A stretch of DNA of 64,000 bases, taken from NCBI GenBank assembly GCA_963823555.1, contig CAWGMA010000002.1, forward strand, positions 1 to 64,000, in the 5' to 3' direction. The number at the start of each line of letters is the position of its first letter. Position 1 is the stretch's first letter. The notes below the pieces were generated by a model. It was given only the letters and a program-made list of their open reading frames with translations. It did not search any database and was not told the origin of the DNA. This DNA comes from Candidatus Eiseniibacteriota bacterium (GTDB lineage Bacteria > Eisenbacteria > RBG-16-71-46 > CAVPCR01). This document shows positions 17,945 through 27,133 of this stretch, in pieces. Made by a program: the position numbers and the translations under genes.

Positions 17945-18138
17945 AGTAACACAACTGGAAATGGACACACTTGCTCTGAAGATATAGGCTCTTCCAGCTT
18001 TCGGCAAACCCCAGTCGCAACTGAGCTTTGTTCGTTGGGGGGGGACGGGCGGTCAATGTGACGGAATCAAGCAACGAGGGACCGTGCGTGCGTGGTGGGC
18101 AGTGAAACGAATCGGTCAGATTAGAGAGGTCAGTTCAC

Positions 18139-19539
18139 ATGCTGCTGACAATTGCGACCACACATCGCCCAGCGACAGAGCTGGGATACCTTCTTGCCAA
18201 GCACCCGGACAAGTGCCAGACGTTTTCGCTGGCCTACGGGAAGGCTCACGTCTTCTATCCCGAGGCGACCGAGGAACGATGCACGGCAGCACTCCTGTTG
18301 GACTTCGACCCGGTCGGCCTGGTTCGAGGCCGCCGCTGGGGGCAAGACTCCCAGGGAACCCTCGCCCACTACGTCAACGATCGGCCCTACGCCGCTTCCT
18401 CGTTCCTGAGCGTTGCCATCTCTCAAGTCTTCGGCTCTGCGATGAAGGGAGTCGCGAAGGGCCGGGAAGACCTGGCCGACACCCCGCTGCCGCTCGATGT
18501 GCGTCTGTCCGCCGTTCCAAGTCGTGGAGGTGAGCACCTTCTCCGTGGGCTGTTTGAGCCCCTTGGGTACCAGGTGGAAGCCAAACCCATTCCCCTCGAT
18601 GAGGCCTTCCCCGAGTGGGGCGAGGGCAACTGCTTCGAGCTGAGGCTCCAGGCGAATGCTCGTATCGCCGACCTGCTGACCCATCTCTACGTACTCATTC
18701 CAGTGCTCGACGACCAGAAGCACTACTGGGTGGGCGATGATGAAGTCGACAAGCTCCTCCAAAAAGGCGGGGAATGGCTGCGGCCGCACCCCATGCGCGA
18801 GCAGATCATGCTCCGCTACCTGAAGCACCGACGGAGCCTGTTTCGGGATGCGCTCGAGCGCCTCATGGCAGGTGACGATCCGGAACCTGAGGAGCACGAA
18901 GCCGAGAAGGAGCAGGAGGAAGAAGCCCTCGAACGCACCATCAGCCTGAACGACCAGCGCCTTGGCGCCGTCCTCGCGGTGCTGAGAGACGCGGGGGCCA
19001 CCCGCGTCCTGGATCTCGGCTGCGGCGAGGGAAAGCTTGTCGGCACCCTCCTCAAGGAGCAATCCATCGTCAGGGTCGTGGGTGTCGATGTCTCCATGAG
19101 ATCCCTGGAACGGGCTCGCGACCGTCTGAAGCTCGATCGAATGCCCGAGATGTGGCGCAAGAAGGTGGACCTCTTTCAAGGGTCCCTCACGTATCGGGAC
19201 AGCCGCTTCTCGGACTGTGATGCCGCCTGTGCCATCGAGGTCATCGAGCACATCGACGCATCTCGCCTCAACGCTTTCGAACGGGTCTTGTTCGAGTTTT
19301 CGAAGCCACCGACCGTGGTGCTCACAACCCCGAACGTCGAATACAACGTTCGCTTCGAGTCGTTGCCGGAGCGCCGACTCCGGCATCGGGACCACCGGTT
19401 CGAGTGGACCCGTCAGGAGTTCCAATCCTGGTGTGCCGGCGTCGCCGAGCACCATGGCTACGGCGTGCGCTTCTTGCCGATCGGAACTGAAGACGCCGAG
19501 GTCGGCTCTCCAACGCAGATGGCAGTGTTTCAGCGATGA
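18139..19539 (+). CDS. hen1: Hen1 RNA 3'-terminal ribose 2'-O-methyltransferase
   Basis: LGYLLAKHPDK, YVNDRPY, YVLIPVLDDQKHYWVG, VLDLGCGEG, EVIEH, HRDHRFEWTR. Confidence 0.97.
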   Translation: MLLTIATTHRPATELGYLLAKHPDKCQTFSLAYGKAHVFYPEATEERCTAALLLDFDPVGLVRGRRWGQDSQGTLAHYVNDRPYAASSFLSVAISQVFGSAMKGVAKGREDLADTPLPLDVRLSAVPSRGGEHLLRGLFEPLGYQVEAKPIPLDEAFPEWGEGNCFELRLQANARIADLLTHLYVLIPVLDDQKHYWVGDDEVDKLLQKGGEWLRPHPMREQIMLRYLKHRRSLFRDALERLMAGDDPEPEEHEAEKEQEEEALERTISLNDQRLGAVLAVLRDAGATRVLDLGCGEGKLVGTLLKEQSIVRVVGVDVSMRSLERARDRLKLDRMPEMWRKKVDLFQGSLTYRDSRFSDCDAACAIEVIEHIDASRLNAFERVLFEFSKPPTVVLTTPNVEYNVRFESLPERRLRHRDHRFEWTRQEFQSWCAGVAEHHGYGVRFLPIGTEDAEVGSPTQMAVFQR

Positions 19540-22085
19540 AGATCGAACTACCAGAGCTGTCGCTGGTTGCGCTCATCGGCGCGTCTGGAAGCGGGAAGTC
19601 GATGTTCGCGAGGACACACTTCAAGCCAACCGAGGTGCTTTCGTCCGACTACTGCCGTGGACTGGTCTCCGATGACGAAAACAGTCAGAGTGCAACCAAC
19701 GACGCATTTGACGTTCTGTACTACATCGCGGCAAAGCGCCTGGCTGCCGGCCGCCTGACCGTCATCGACGCGACCAACGTCCAGGCAGAGGCGCGCAAGC
19801 CGATTGTGAAGCTGGCGCGCGAGCACGACGTGCTCCCAGTCGCGATCGTGTTGAACCTCCCAGGAAAGCTATGTCAGGAACGCAACCAGGACAGAGCCGA
19901 CCGGCAGTTCGGCCCTCACGTTACCCGCCAACAGGCACAACAACTGCGCAACTCGCTTCGGTCGCTTAAACGTGAGGGCTTCCGTTACATCACTGTCCTT
20001 AGCTCGCCCGAGGAAGTGGAGGCAGCCGAAGTTGTTCGCAATCCGCTCTGGAATAACAAGCGCCACGAGACGGGGCCATTCGACATCATTGGTGACGTTC
20101 ATGGCTGCTTTGACGAGAGCATTGCTCTTCTGCGCAAACTCGGATACGAAGTTCACGATGATGAGGCGGCGCCCACGGCGAGGCACCCAGAAAGCCGGAA
20201 AGTGCTCTTCGTGGGCGACCTCGTGGATCGTGGCCCCAAGTCCCCTGCCGTTCTGCGTCTCGTGATGGCAATGGTGCGCGAAGGAACCGCTCTCTGCGTC
20301 CCGGGCAATCACGACATCAGGCTGAAGCGAAAGCTGGAGGGTCGAGACGTGCGGCTCACTCACGGCCTCGCGGAGACCATGGAGCAACTTGAGCAAGAGC
20401 CGGCCGAGTTCATCGAGGAGGTGAAGTCCTTCATCGACGGCCTCGTAAGTCATTATGTGCTGGACGACGGCAAGCTGGTGGTTGCACACGCGGGAATGAA
20501 GACGTCTTTTCAGGGGCGCGCGTCGGCTCGCGTGCGAGAGTTCGCGCTGTACGGCGAGAGCACCGGTGAGACAGACGAGTACGGCCTTCCTGTTCGTTAC
20601 AACTGGGCAGCCGACTATCGGGGACGGGCGCGTGTGGTCTACGGCCACACGCCCGTGCCAAGCGCCGAGTGGCTCAACAAGACCATCTGCATAGACACGG
20701 GATGCGTCTTCGGAGGAGCGTTGACCGCGCTGCGCTATCCAGAAAACGAGTTGGCGTCGGTCGCTGCGGCCAAGATGTACTACGAGCCGGTGAAGCCGCC
20801 GGAGGGCGCTTCGACTGAGGCGGCGGAGCGGCCGCATGACGACGTTCTCGATATAGGCGATGTCCAAGGGAAGCGGACTGTTTCCACCCGCGTCCGCGGC
20901 ACAGTGGCAGTGCGCGAGGAAAACGCAGCCGCGGCGCTCGAGGTAATGAGCCGTTTCGCTACCGATCCTCGCTGGCTCATTTACCTGCCGCCCACGATGT
21001 CGCCCTCGGATACGCGAAAGGATGGGCCGACGCTCGAGCACCCCGACGAGAGCTTCCGGTACTTCCGGGCCAATGGCGTCCCGAAGGTGGTGTGTCAAGA
21101 GAAGCACATGGGCTCGCGAGCAGTGGCCGTCGTGTGTCGCGATGAGGGCGAGGCTGCCAAGCGCTTCGGCATCCGAGGTCACGGCAGCGGAGCCCTCTAC
21201 ACACGGACAGGGAGGCCGTTCTTTGACGCGAACGGCACGCTGGAGTCTGACTTCCTCAATCGCCTCCGCACCGCGCTGACGAACGCCAATTTCTGGGAGA
21301 AGTTCGAGTCCGACTGGTTCTGCCTCGACGCGGAGCTCATGCCTTGGTCTGCGAAGGCTCAAGAGTTGCTGCGGTCCCAGTATGCCCCCGTTGGGGCGGC
21401 CTCTCGGGCCAGTATGACCGCCGCGCTGGCGGCTCTCCGACTCGCAGCATCCCGTGTCGCGGAGATGGACGGTCTCGTTGATCGCTACGCGGCCCGTCAA
21501 CTGTGCGTCGAGAAGTACACGGACGCATACCGGCGCTACTGCTGGCCGGTCTCCAGCGTCGACGACCTCAAGTTCGCGCCGTTTCACCTGCTCGCGTCCG
21601 AAGGGCGCGTCCATGCCGACCGCGATCATGTCTGGCACATGAACACTCTCGCCGAGCTTTGCGAAGTGGATACGCAACTGCTTCACAAGACGGCATTCAA
21701 AGTTGTCGACCTCACCAGCGCGGAGAGCCAAGCCAGCGGCGTCGCTTGGTGGGAAGAGCTCACCGAGGGTGGGGGCGAGGGTATGGTTGTGAAGCCTATC
21801 GAGTGGCTCATGCGGGGGAAGAAAGGGCTGGTTCAGCCTGCGGTAAAGTGCCGCGGCAAGGAGTACCTGCGTATCATCTATGGGCCGGAGTACACTCTGG
21901 ATGAGCACATCGAACGGCTGCGTGCGCGAGGGCTTGGCCCCAAGCGATCTTTGGCGCTTCGCGAGTTTGCTCTTGGGCTCGAGGCACTACATCGCTTCGT
22001 TGAACGGGAACCGCTGTATCGAGTGCATGAGTGTGTCTTTGGGGTTCTTGCATTGGAAAGCGAGCCCGTGGATCCAAGACTATGA
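19536..22085 (+). CDS. pnkp: Pnkp polynucleotide kinase-phosphatase-ligase
   Basis: GASGSGKS P-loop; GDVHG, GDLVDRGP, GNHD, GHTP phosphoesterase; EKHMGSR and EGMVVKP ligase motifs; ATGA coupling to hen1. Confidence 0.97.
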   Translation: MKIELPELSLVALIGASGSGKSMFARTHFKPTEVLSSDYCRGLVSDDENSQSATNDAFDVLYYIAAKRLAAGRLTVIDATNVQAEARKPIVKLAREHDVLPVAIVLNLPGKLCQERNQDRADRQFGPHVTRQQAQQLRNSLRSLKREGFRYITVLSSPEEVEAAEVVRNPLWNNKRHETGPFDIIGDVHGCFDESIALLRKLGYEVHDDEAAPTARHPESRKVLFVGDLVDRGPKSPAVLRLVMAMVREGTALCVPGNHDIRLKRKLEGRDVRLTHGLAETMEQLEQEPAEFIEEVKSFIDGLVSHYVLDDGKLVVAHAGMKTSFQGRASARVREFALYGESTGETDEYGLPVRYNWAADYRGRARVVYGHTPVPSAEWLNKTICIDTGCVFGGALTALRYPENELASVAAAKMYYEPVKPPEGASTEAAERPHDDVLDIGDVQGKRTVSTRVRGTVAVREENAAAALEVMSRFATDPRWLIYLPPTMSPSDTRKDGPTLEHPDESFRYFRANGVPKVVCQEKHMGSRAVAVVCRDEGEAAKRFGIRGHGSGALYTRTGRPFFDANGTLESDFLNRLRTALTNANFWEKFESDWFCLDAELMPWSAKAQELLRSQYAPVGAASRASMTAALAALRLAASRVAEMDGLVDRYAARQLCVEKYTDAYRRYCWPVSSVDDLKFAPFHLLASEGRVHADRDHVWHMNTLAELCEVDTQLLHKTAFKVVDLTSAESQASGVAWWEELTEGGGEGMVVKPIEWLMRGKKGLVQPAVKCRGKEYLRIIYGPEYTLDEHIERLRARGLGPKRSLALREFALGLEALHRFVEREPLYRVHECVFGVLALESEPVDPRL

Positions 22086-22097
22086 GCACGCGCCCCC

Positions 22098-22161
22098 CCC
22101 CTACAACCGGTTGCAGCTGACGGTCCGCTACGCGGCCCGCAGCTGAAGCAGAGCGTTAGGT
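22098..22161 (+). repeat. attC site with damaged R'' (CCCCTAC)
   Basis: CCCCTAC AACCG GTTGCAGC ... GCTGAAG CAGAGC GTTAGGT. Confidence 0.85.
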
Positions 22162-22212
22162 GGCACACAAGATCCGAATCGATCGATAGGCGAATTGAGC
22201 AGGAAGACCTCG

Positions 22213-22797
22213 ATGGCAACTCCTCGGTTCCTTGACGCTCTGGGGTACGCCGTACAACTCCATGCTGCCGACGTTCGGAAGGGCACGTCTGTTCCGTACG
22301 CAGCCCACTTGCTCGGAGTGTGCGCTCTTGTCCTCGTGGACGGCGGGACGGAGGACGAAGCCATCGCTGCTCTGCTTCACGATGCCCTCGAGGATCACCC
22401 TTCTGAAACCAGCAGGGAGACCATTGCCGAGCGCTTCGGCGGTGACGTCCTGGCCATCGTAGAGGCCTGTACTGACACACCGCGCGAGTACACGGGAGGG
22501 GTACAGCCCCCCTGGCGCCAGCGAAAGGCGGCATACCTTGAACACTTGCTCCAGATGGGACCAGGAGGTCTCCGAGTCTCTCTGGCGGACAAGCTAGACA
22601 ACGCGCAGGCAATCCTCGCCGACTATCGGCTGCGAGGTGATTCTCTGTGGTCGCGATTCAACGCTGGGAAGCACGATCAGCTGTGGTACTTCCGTTCGTT
22701 GGTCCACTACTTCCGCAGAGCCGGTGCTGCTGGATTCCTCGTTGAGGAGTGTGACCGCACTGTTTCTGAACTAGAACAGTTGGCTGGGGCCACCTAA
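22213..22797 (+). CDS. HD-domain hydrolase, Mesh1/small alarmone hydrolase-like (cassette)
   Basis: RKGTSVPYAAHL, AALLHDALED, VSLADKLDN. Confidence 0.88.
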   Translation: MATPRFLDALGYAVQLHAADVRKGTSVPYAAHLLGVCALVLVDGGTEDEAIAALLHDALEDHPSETSRETIAERFGGDVLAIVEACTDTPREYTGGVQPPWRQRKAAYLEHLLQMGPGGLRVSLADKLDNAQAILADYRLRGDSLWSRFNAGKHDQLWYFRSLVHYFRRAGAAGFLVEECDRTVSELEQLAGAT

Positions 22798-22888
22798 CAT
22801 CCCCATTGAGCTGACGGCGGGGCCACCTTCTTTGGCGCCGTCAGCTGCTCCGGCTGGCGCCCGCCGCAGCTCATGCGGCACGTTAGGC
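22792..22888 (+). repeat. attC site
   Basis: ACCTAAC ATCCC CATTGAGC ... GCTCATG CGGCAC GTTAGGC; R'' contains the ORF stop. Confidence 0.93.
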
Positions 22889-22915
22889 GACATAAACTAA
22901 TAGGGGGAATTCAAG

Positions 22916-23359
22916 ATGAAAACCATTCTATCTGCCAGCATTGTTCTTCTATGTTTTTCCTCAACCGTAATAGGCAGTGAGCACCTGACTATTTCAGCAG
23001 GGATAGTCCAGAAGGCCAAGAGTGAATGTGCCAGTTTTGAGGGTGGCAAATTCAATGCGACGGAACAGGCAATCACATTGCATGACTTCACGGGTGATGG
23101 TCGGCCAGAGGAGATTGTAGACGCATCCCAGTTCTCCTGCTCAACATCAGCTTCCATGTGGGGCGGCTCCGGTGGAACGTTTTTGTGGGTGATCGTGGAT
23201 GGAAAAGTGCACGAGTATCTTGCACACAAATGGCGAGTTGTCGATGTAGATGGACAGAAGATCCTCTTGCTTGCAGTACATTCCTCTGAGTGCAGCGATA
23301 CTATCGGGCCTTGCTACCGAGCACTGGTTTGGAGCGATGGATTCAGGACAATACGCTGA
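22916..23359 (+). CDS. Secreted hypothetical protein, AT-richer cassette
   Basis: Signal peptide; DFTGDGRPE motif; GGGGGA RBS. Confidence 0.8.
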   Translation: MKTILSASIVLLCFSSTVIGSEHLTISAGIVQKAKSECASFEGGKFNATEQAITLHDFTGDGRPEEIVDASQFSCSTSASMWGGSGGTFLWVIVDGKVHEYLAHKWRVVDVDGQKILLLAVHSSECSDTIGPCYRALVWSDGFRTIR

Positions 23360-23397
23360 AACTATTCCAACAATCTCTGATAAGAGCCTGATTTATC

Positions 23398-23456
23398 GCC
23401 TAACCATTCATTTCACACGGACTCGCTAAAGCTCGCCGGTGAATTCCGCGTTAGGC
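23398..23456 (+). repeat. attC site (59 bp, AT-richer type)
   Basis: GCCTAAC CATTC ATTTCACA CGGACTCGCTAAAGCTCGCC GGTGAAT TCCGC GTTAGGC. Confidence 0.92.
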
Positions 23457-23473
23457 AGCAGAAGGACGACACG

Positions 23474-23851
23474 GTGCGTGAGCACGGCTACGATCCGGTC
23501 ATGGAGCGGCGCCTCTTCTCGGTGGCGATCGGATCTCCGTCTGAACTCCCGAGCGAGCTCCGCCTGCCCGCAGGAAACTTCGCCTGCCTGCTTGCCTGGG
23601 ATGCTCGCGGCGTGTCGGCCGATGCGCTCTCCTCGCTCGTTGAAGCGCTTCTACGCGCCGGCGCGTTCTACTTCGTCTGCTGGGGTCCCGATTGCGAACG
23701 GATCCACGACATCATCGACCAGCTGGCGTCGGACCCGAACAACGCCCTCGGGCTACCCGAGAACAGTTGCATCATGACCACCTGGCACGATTCTGAGCCC
23801 TTGCGGCATGCGCTCTGGTTCTTCCTGGTCAACTCGTGCCCCGATGAGCAC
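23474..23851 (+). pseudogene. Hypothetical cassette ORF truncated by an IS3-like end
   Basis: YFVCWGPDCERIHDIID..IMTTWHD ORF runs into an IS-like IR at 23852. Confidence 0.65.
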
Positions 23852-24345
23852 GGCAGCTTCCCCCATCCTTTGGACAGTTTTCCGGTCTTCTTAAGGTGTA
23901 GACCGCTGGGTGCGTGAGCCGCCGGGGTTGCCCGGGCACCGTGCCCGGATCCGCCGTCGGCTCGGGTTTCGTCCCCTCCGCGGGGACCGTCGGAAAATCG
24001 ACTTCCATAGAGGCTCCAGGAGCCACGTTCTCGGGTCGACCCGACCCGTAGTATCCCCCCCTTACTTGTGGGCGCGACGGAGTCGTCTCGAGCCGATGAA
24101 GAAAGTCGCCGACACCATCGCTCGCCACTGGACCGGCATCTGCAACTACTTCCGGCTCCGCATCACCAACGCCGGGGCCGAGGCCATCAACTCGAGGATC
24201 CAGCGACTGAAGGCCATGGCGCGCGGGTACCGCAATCGGACTCGGTTCCGCAACGCGATCCTCTTCCATCTCGGGGACCTCGACCTATACCCACGACCCG
24301 CGGAAGTCAGCCGATGAACTCACCCACACGATTCCCGGAAGAGCC
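23852..24345. mobile_element. Nest of IS fragments: IS3-like end, unknown segment, and 3' end of a second ISL3 copy
   Basis: 23852 GG..CCCCA..TTGGACAG matches the IS3 IR register; 24063-24345 matches the reverse complement of ISL3 16273-16555, including the IR CCGGAAGAGCC. Confidence 0.82.
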
Positions 24346-24369
24346 ATCTTGTAAGAGAGGACTCTGAGA

Positions 24370-25254
24370 ATGGCAGAGATTACACGAAGGCGTTCCGGCG
24401 AACTTGTGCGCGGTGTCTTTCAGATCCTCGCGAACCAAGATGACGTCATTCCTGCCAAAGAGGTTCTCAGGCGACTTGAAGAACTCGTACCGCCAACGGA
24501 GTTCGAAGCAAGCACGTATCCGAATCGCCCAACCGTGCGACGGTACGAGAAAATAGTGCGGTTCTCCACCATCGGCACGGTGAAGGCTGGGTGGCTGATC
24601 AAGAACAAGGGCGCATGGTCGCTCAGTGATGAAGGGCGTGTGGCCTTTGACAAGTTCAGGGATCCGGAGGCCTTCTATCGCGAGGCTGGAAGACTTTACC
24701 GCGAGTGGAAGGCCGACCAGCCGACCGACGAGGCCGATGCGGAGGAAGAGGGATCCGGTCAGGCAACCACGACTCTGGAGGAGGCGGAAGAATCCGCCTG
24801 GTCGGAAATCGAGACATTTCTCGAAAAGATGAGCCCCTACGACTTCCAGGACCTGGTCGCAGGCCTCCTGCGCGGCATGGGCTACTTCGTGGAGTGGGTG
24901 TCACCCCCAGGTCCGGACAAGGGGATCGACGTTGTGGCCCACGTGGACCCGCTTGGTGTAAAGGGCCCTCGAATCAAGGTGCAAGTGAAGCGTAAGGCAG
25001 ACAAGGTGGCTGTGGACGGCGTGCGCGGTTTTATGGCGCTCCTCGGAGACTCGGACATAGGCCTGTTCGTCAACATGGGGGGGTTCACGCGCGACGCGGA
25101 GGAGGAAGCCCGACGGCAAGAAAAGAGACGCATTATGCTCGTGGACCTCAAACGGCTATTCGATCTTTGGACGGAGCACTACGACCGAATCCCAGAAACC
25201 CAGAGGCGTCTGCTCCCCTTGCGCCCAGTCTACTATCTCGCACCGGACGATTAG
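24370..25254 (+). CDS. mrr: Mrr-type (type IV) restriction endonuclease
   Basis: N-terminal Mrr_N-like wHTH; SPYDFQDLVAGLLRGMGY, GPDKGIDVVA, IKVQVKR, GGFTRDA. Confidence 0.92.
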   Translation: MAEITRRRSGELVRGVFQILANQDDVIPAKEVLRRLEELVPPTEFEASTYPNRPTVRRYEKIVRFSTIGTVKAGWLIKNKGAWSLSDEGRVAFDKFRDPEAFYREAGRLYREWKADQPTDEADAEEEGSGQATTTLEEAEESAWSEIETFLEKMSPYDFQDLVAGLLRGMGYFVEWVSPPGPDKGIDVVAHVDPLGVKGPRIKVQVKRKADKVAVDGVRGFMALLGDSDIGLFVNMGGFTRDAEEEARRQEKRRIMLVDLKRLFDLWTEHYDRIPETQRRLLPLRPVYYLAPDD

Positions 25255-25264
25255 AGGAACGCGG

Positions 25265-25328
25265 GGCTAACAACAGCATGCAGCGGACGGCCCGCTGCGC
25301 GGCCCGCCGCTGAACCGGAGCGTTGGGC
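25265..25328 (+). repeat. attC site (64 bp)
   Basis: GGCTAAC AACAG CATGCAGC ... GCTGAAC CGGAGC GTTGGGC. Confidence 0.94.
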
Positions 25329-25378
25329 GGACACCACAACCCATCCGCCGTCACGAAGTGGGCCCGAAAGGCACGAAC

Positions 25379-27112
25379 ATGAATTCCAAACCGTTCAAGC
25401 ACTCTCCTGATCGAACCCCTATGAAGTTCTACGACACTCGGAACCTCAAGGGAGATCTCTCTGGAGGAGTGGTGGCCGGGATCATCGCGCTGCCATTGGC
25501 GCTGGCCTTTGGCGTTCAATCTGGTCTCGGCGCGGCAGCGGGACTCTATGGTGCCATCGCGGTAGGCGTCTTGGCTGCAGCGCTGGGCGGAACCGCCACA
25601 CAGGCTTCAGGACCAACGGGACCGATGACGGTGGTATCAGCCTCCATCGTGGCCATGGGCATCGCGAGGGCGGGCAGTATCGAGGCAGGAATGGGCATCA
25701 TCCTGCTGGCCTTCATGCTCGGCGGTTTGATTCAGATCGCCCTCGGCTTCCTGGGAGTGGGAAAGTACATCCGCTACTTTCCCTACCCGGTGATCTCGGG
25801 TTTCATGAGCGGCGTTGGACTGATCATCATCACGCTGCAAGTCTGGCCCTTCTTAGGGTCGGCGTCGCCCAAGACCACGCTGGGTGTCTTCACGCAAATC
25901 AGCACACCCCTCAGCCAGATCAATTGGGGAGCCGTTCTGCTGGGCGGGATCACGGTGGCCGTTTACTACCTCTTTCCACGACTGACAAAGGCGGTGCCGT
26001 CGGTCCTCGTTGCGCTGCTGGCGGGCACCTTGGTGTCGCGGGTTACCGGATTCGACGTGCCGATCATTGGCGCCATCCCCACCGGACTACCCGCCCTGCA
26101 GGTGGGCATCATCTTCGCCGCCGTCCCGGAGCATCTGCTGTTTGTCATTGGGTCTGGGATCACGCTGGCTTTGCTGGGTTCGATTGATTCGCTACTCACC
26201 TCGGTCATCGCCGACAACGTGACCAAGACCAAGCACGACAGTCGGCGCGAACTCATCGGGCAAGGCATCGGTAACACCGTCGCGGCAATCTTTGGCGGCA
26301 TCCCTGGAGCCGGGGCGACCAAGGGCACCGTGGTGAACATCACGGCCGGTGGCAAGACGCGCCTGTCCGGCGTGGTCCATGGCTTACTGCTGCTCGCGGT
26401 CCTGCTTGGGGCGGGCCAGTTCGCCGCCTACATCCCGTTGAGCGTGCTGGCGGGGCTGCTCATTCCCGTCGGCTTTGCCATCATCGACTACAAGGGTCTC
26501 AGGCACCTCCGCGATGTGCCGCGCGCGGATGCGGTAGTCTTGCTCGTGGTGCTCGGCATCACCGTGTTTGGCAATCTGATCCACGCAGTGGGCATCGGGA
26601 TCGTCTTGGCCAGCGTCCTGTTCATGAAGAAGGCCAGTGACCTTGCGGAAACGAAATCATCGGTCGAACCCTTGAAAGAGGACCCGTGGGAAGACGAGGC
26701 AGAGCTCTATGCCAGGTACAAGGATCGCATCTTCGTGAAGCATCTCTACGGTCCGCTGTTCTTCGGATTCACCGCCCGCTTCCAAGAACTGGCGTCGGCC
26801 CTGAGTCCAGACATCCGGGCACTGATCATTCGGATGGAGCGCGTCCCCTACATCGATCAATCGGGGCTCTACGCTTTGGAGGATGCCATTCTCCCTCTCC
26901 GGCAGCGTAACGTCATTGTGTTACTGACAGGCGTTCAATCGCAGCCGAACGACATGCTCCGCAAGATCAACATCGTGCCCGACTTGATCCCCGAGGAGTG
27001 CCTCTGCCGGGGAACGGATCCTTGCATGAAGTGGTTGGCGGGAGAGCTAGAGGCGAGGTCGCCCGCGGCTCAGTCCTCCGCCCAACCGCAGGAACCATCC
27101 ACGTCTCTCTAG
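25379..27112 (+). CDS. sulP: SulP/SLC26 anion (probably bicarbonate) transporter with STAS domain
   Basis: LKGDLSGGVVAGIIALPLALAFG, GPTGPM, RELIGQGIGN, GPLFFG, PYIDQSG; start may be 25421. Confidence 0.94.
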   Translation: MNSKPFKHSPDRTPMKFYDTRNLKGDLSGGVVAGIIALPLALAFGVQSGLGAAAGLYGAIAVGVLAAALGGTATQASGPTGPMTVVSASIVAMGIARAGSIEAGMGIILLAFMLGGLIQIALGFLGVGKYIRYFPYPVISGFMSGVGLIIITLQVWPFLGSASPKTTLGVFTQISTPLSQINWGAVLLGGITVAVYYLFPRLTKAVPSVLVALLAGTLVSRVTGFDVPIIGAIPTGLPALQVGIIFAAVPEHLLFVIGSGITLALLGSIDSLLTSVIADNVTKTKHDSRRELIGQGIGNTVAAIFGGIPGAGATKGTVVNITAGGKTRLSGVVHGLLLLAVLLGAGQFAAYIPLSVLAGLLIPVGFAIIDYKGLRHLRDVPRADAVVLLVVLGITVFGNLIHAVGIGIVLASVLFMKKASDLAETKSSVEPLKEDPWEDEAELYARYKDRIFVKHLYGPLFFGFTARFQELASALSPDIRALIIRMERVPYIDQSGLYALEDAILPLRQRNVIVLLTGVQSQPNDMLRKINIVPDLIPEECLCRGTDPCMKWLAGELEARSPAAQSSAQPQEPSTSL

Positions 27113-27133
27113 ATTCTTAACCCGGAGGAACCC

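Noticed and set aside
16273..24345. Composite transposon bounded by the two ISL3 right ends
   Set aside because: The outer flanks (AACAAAGT vs ATCTTGTA) show no target duplication and the second copy is only a fragment.
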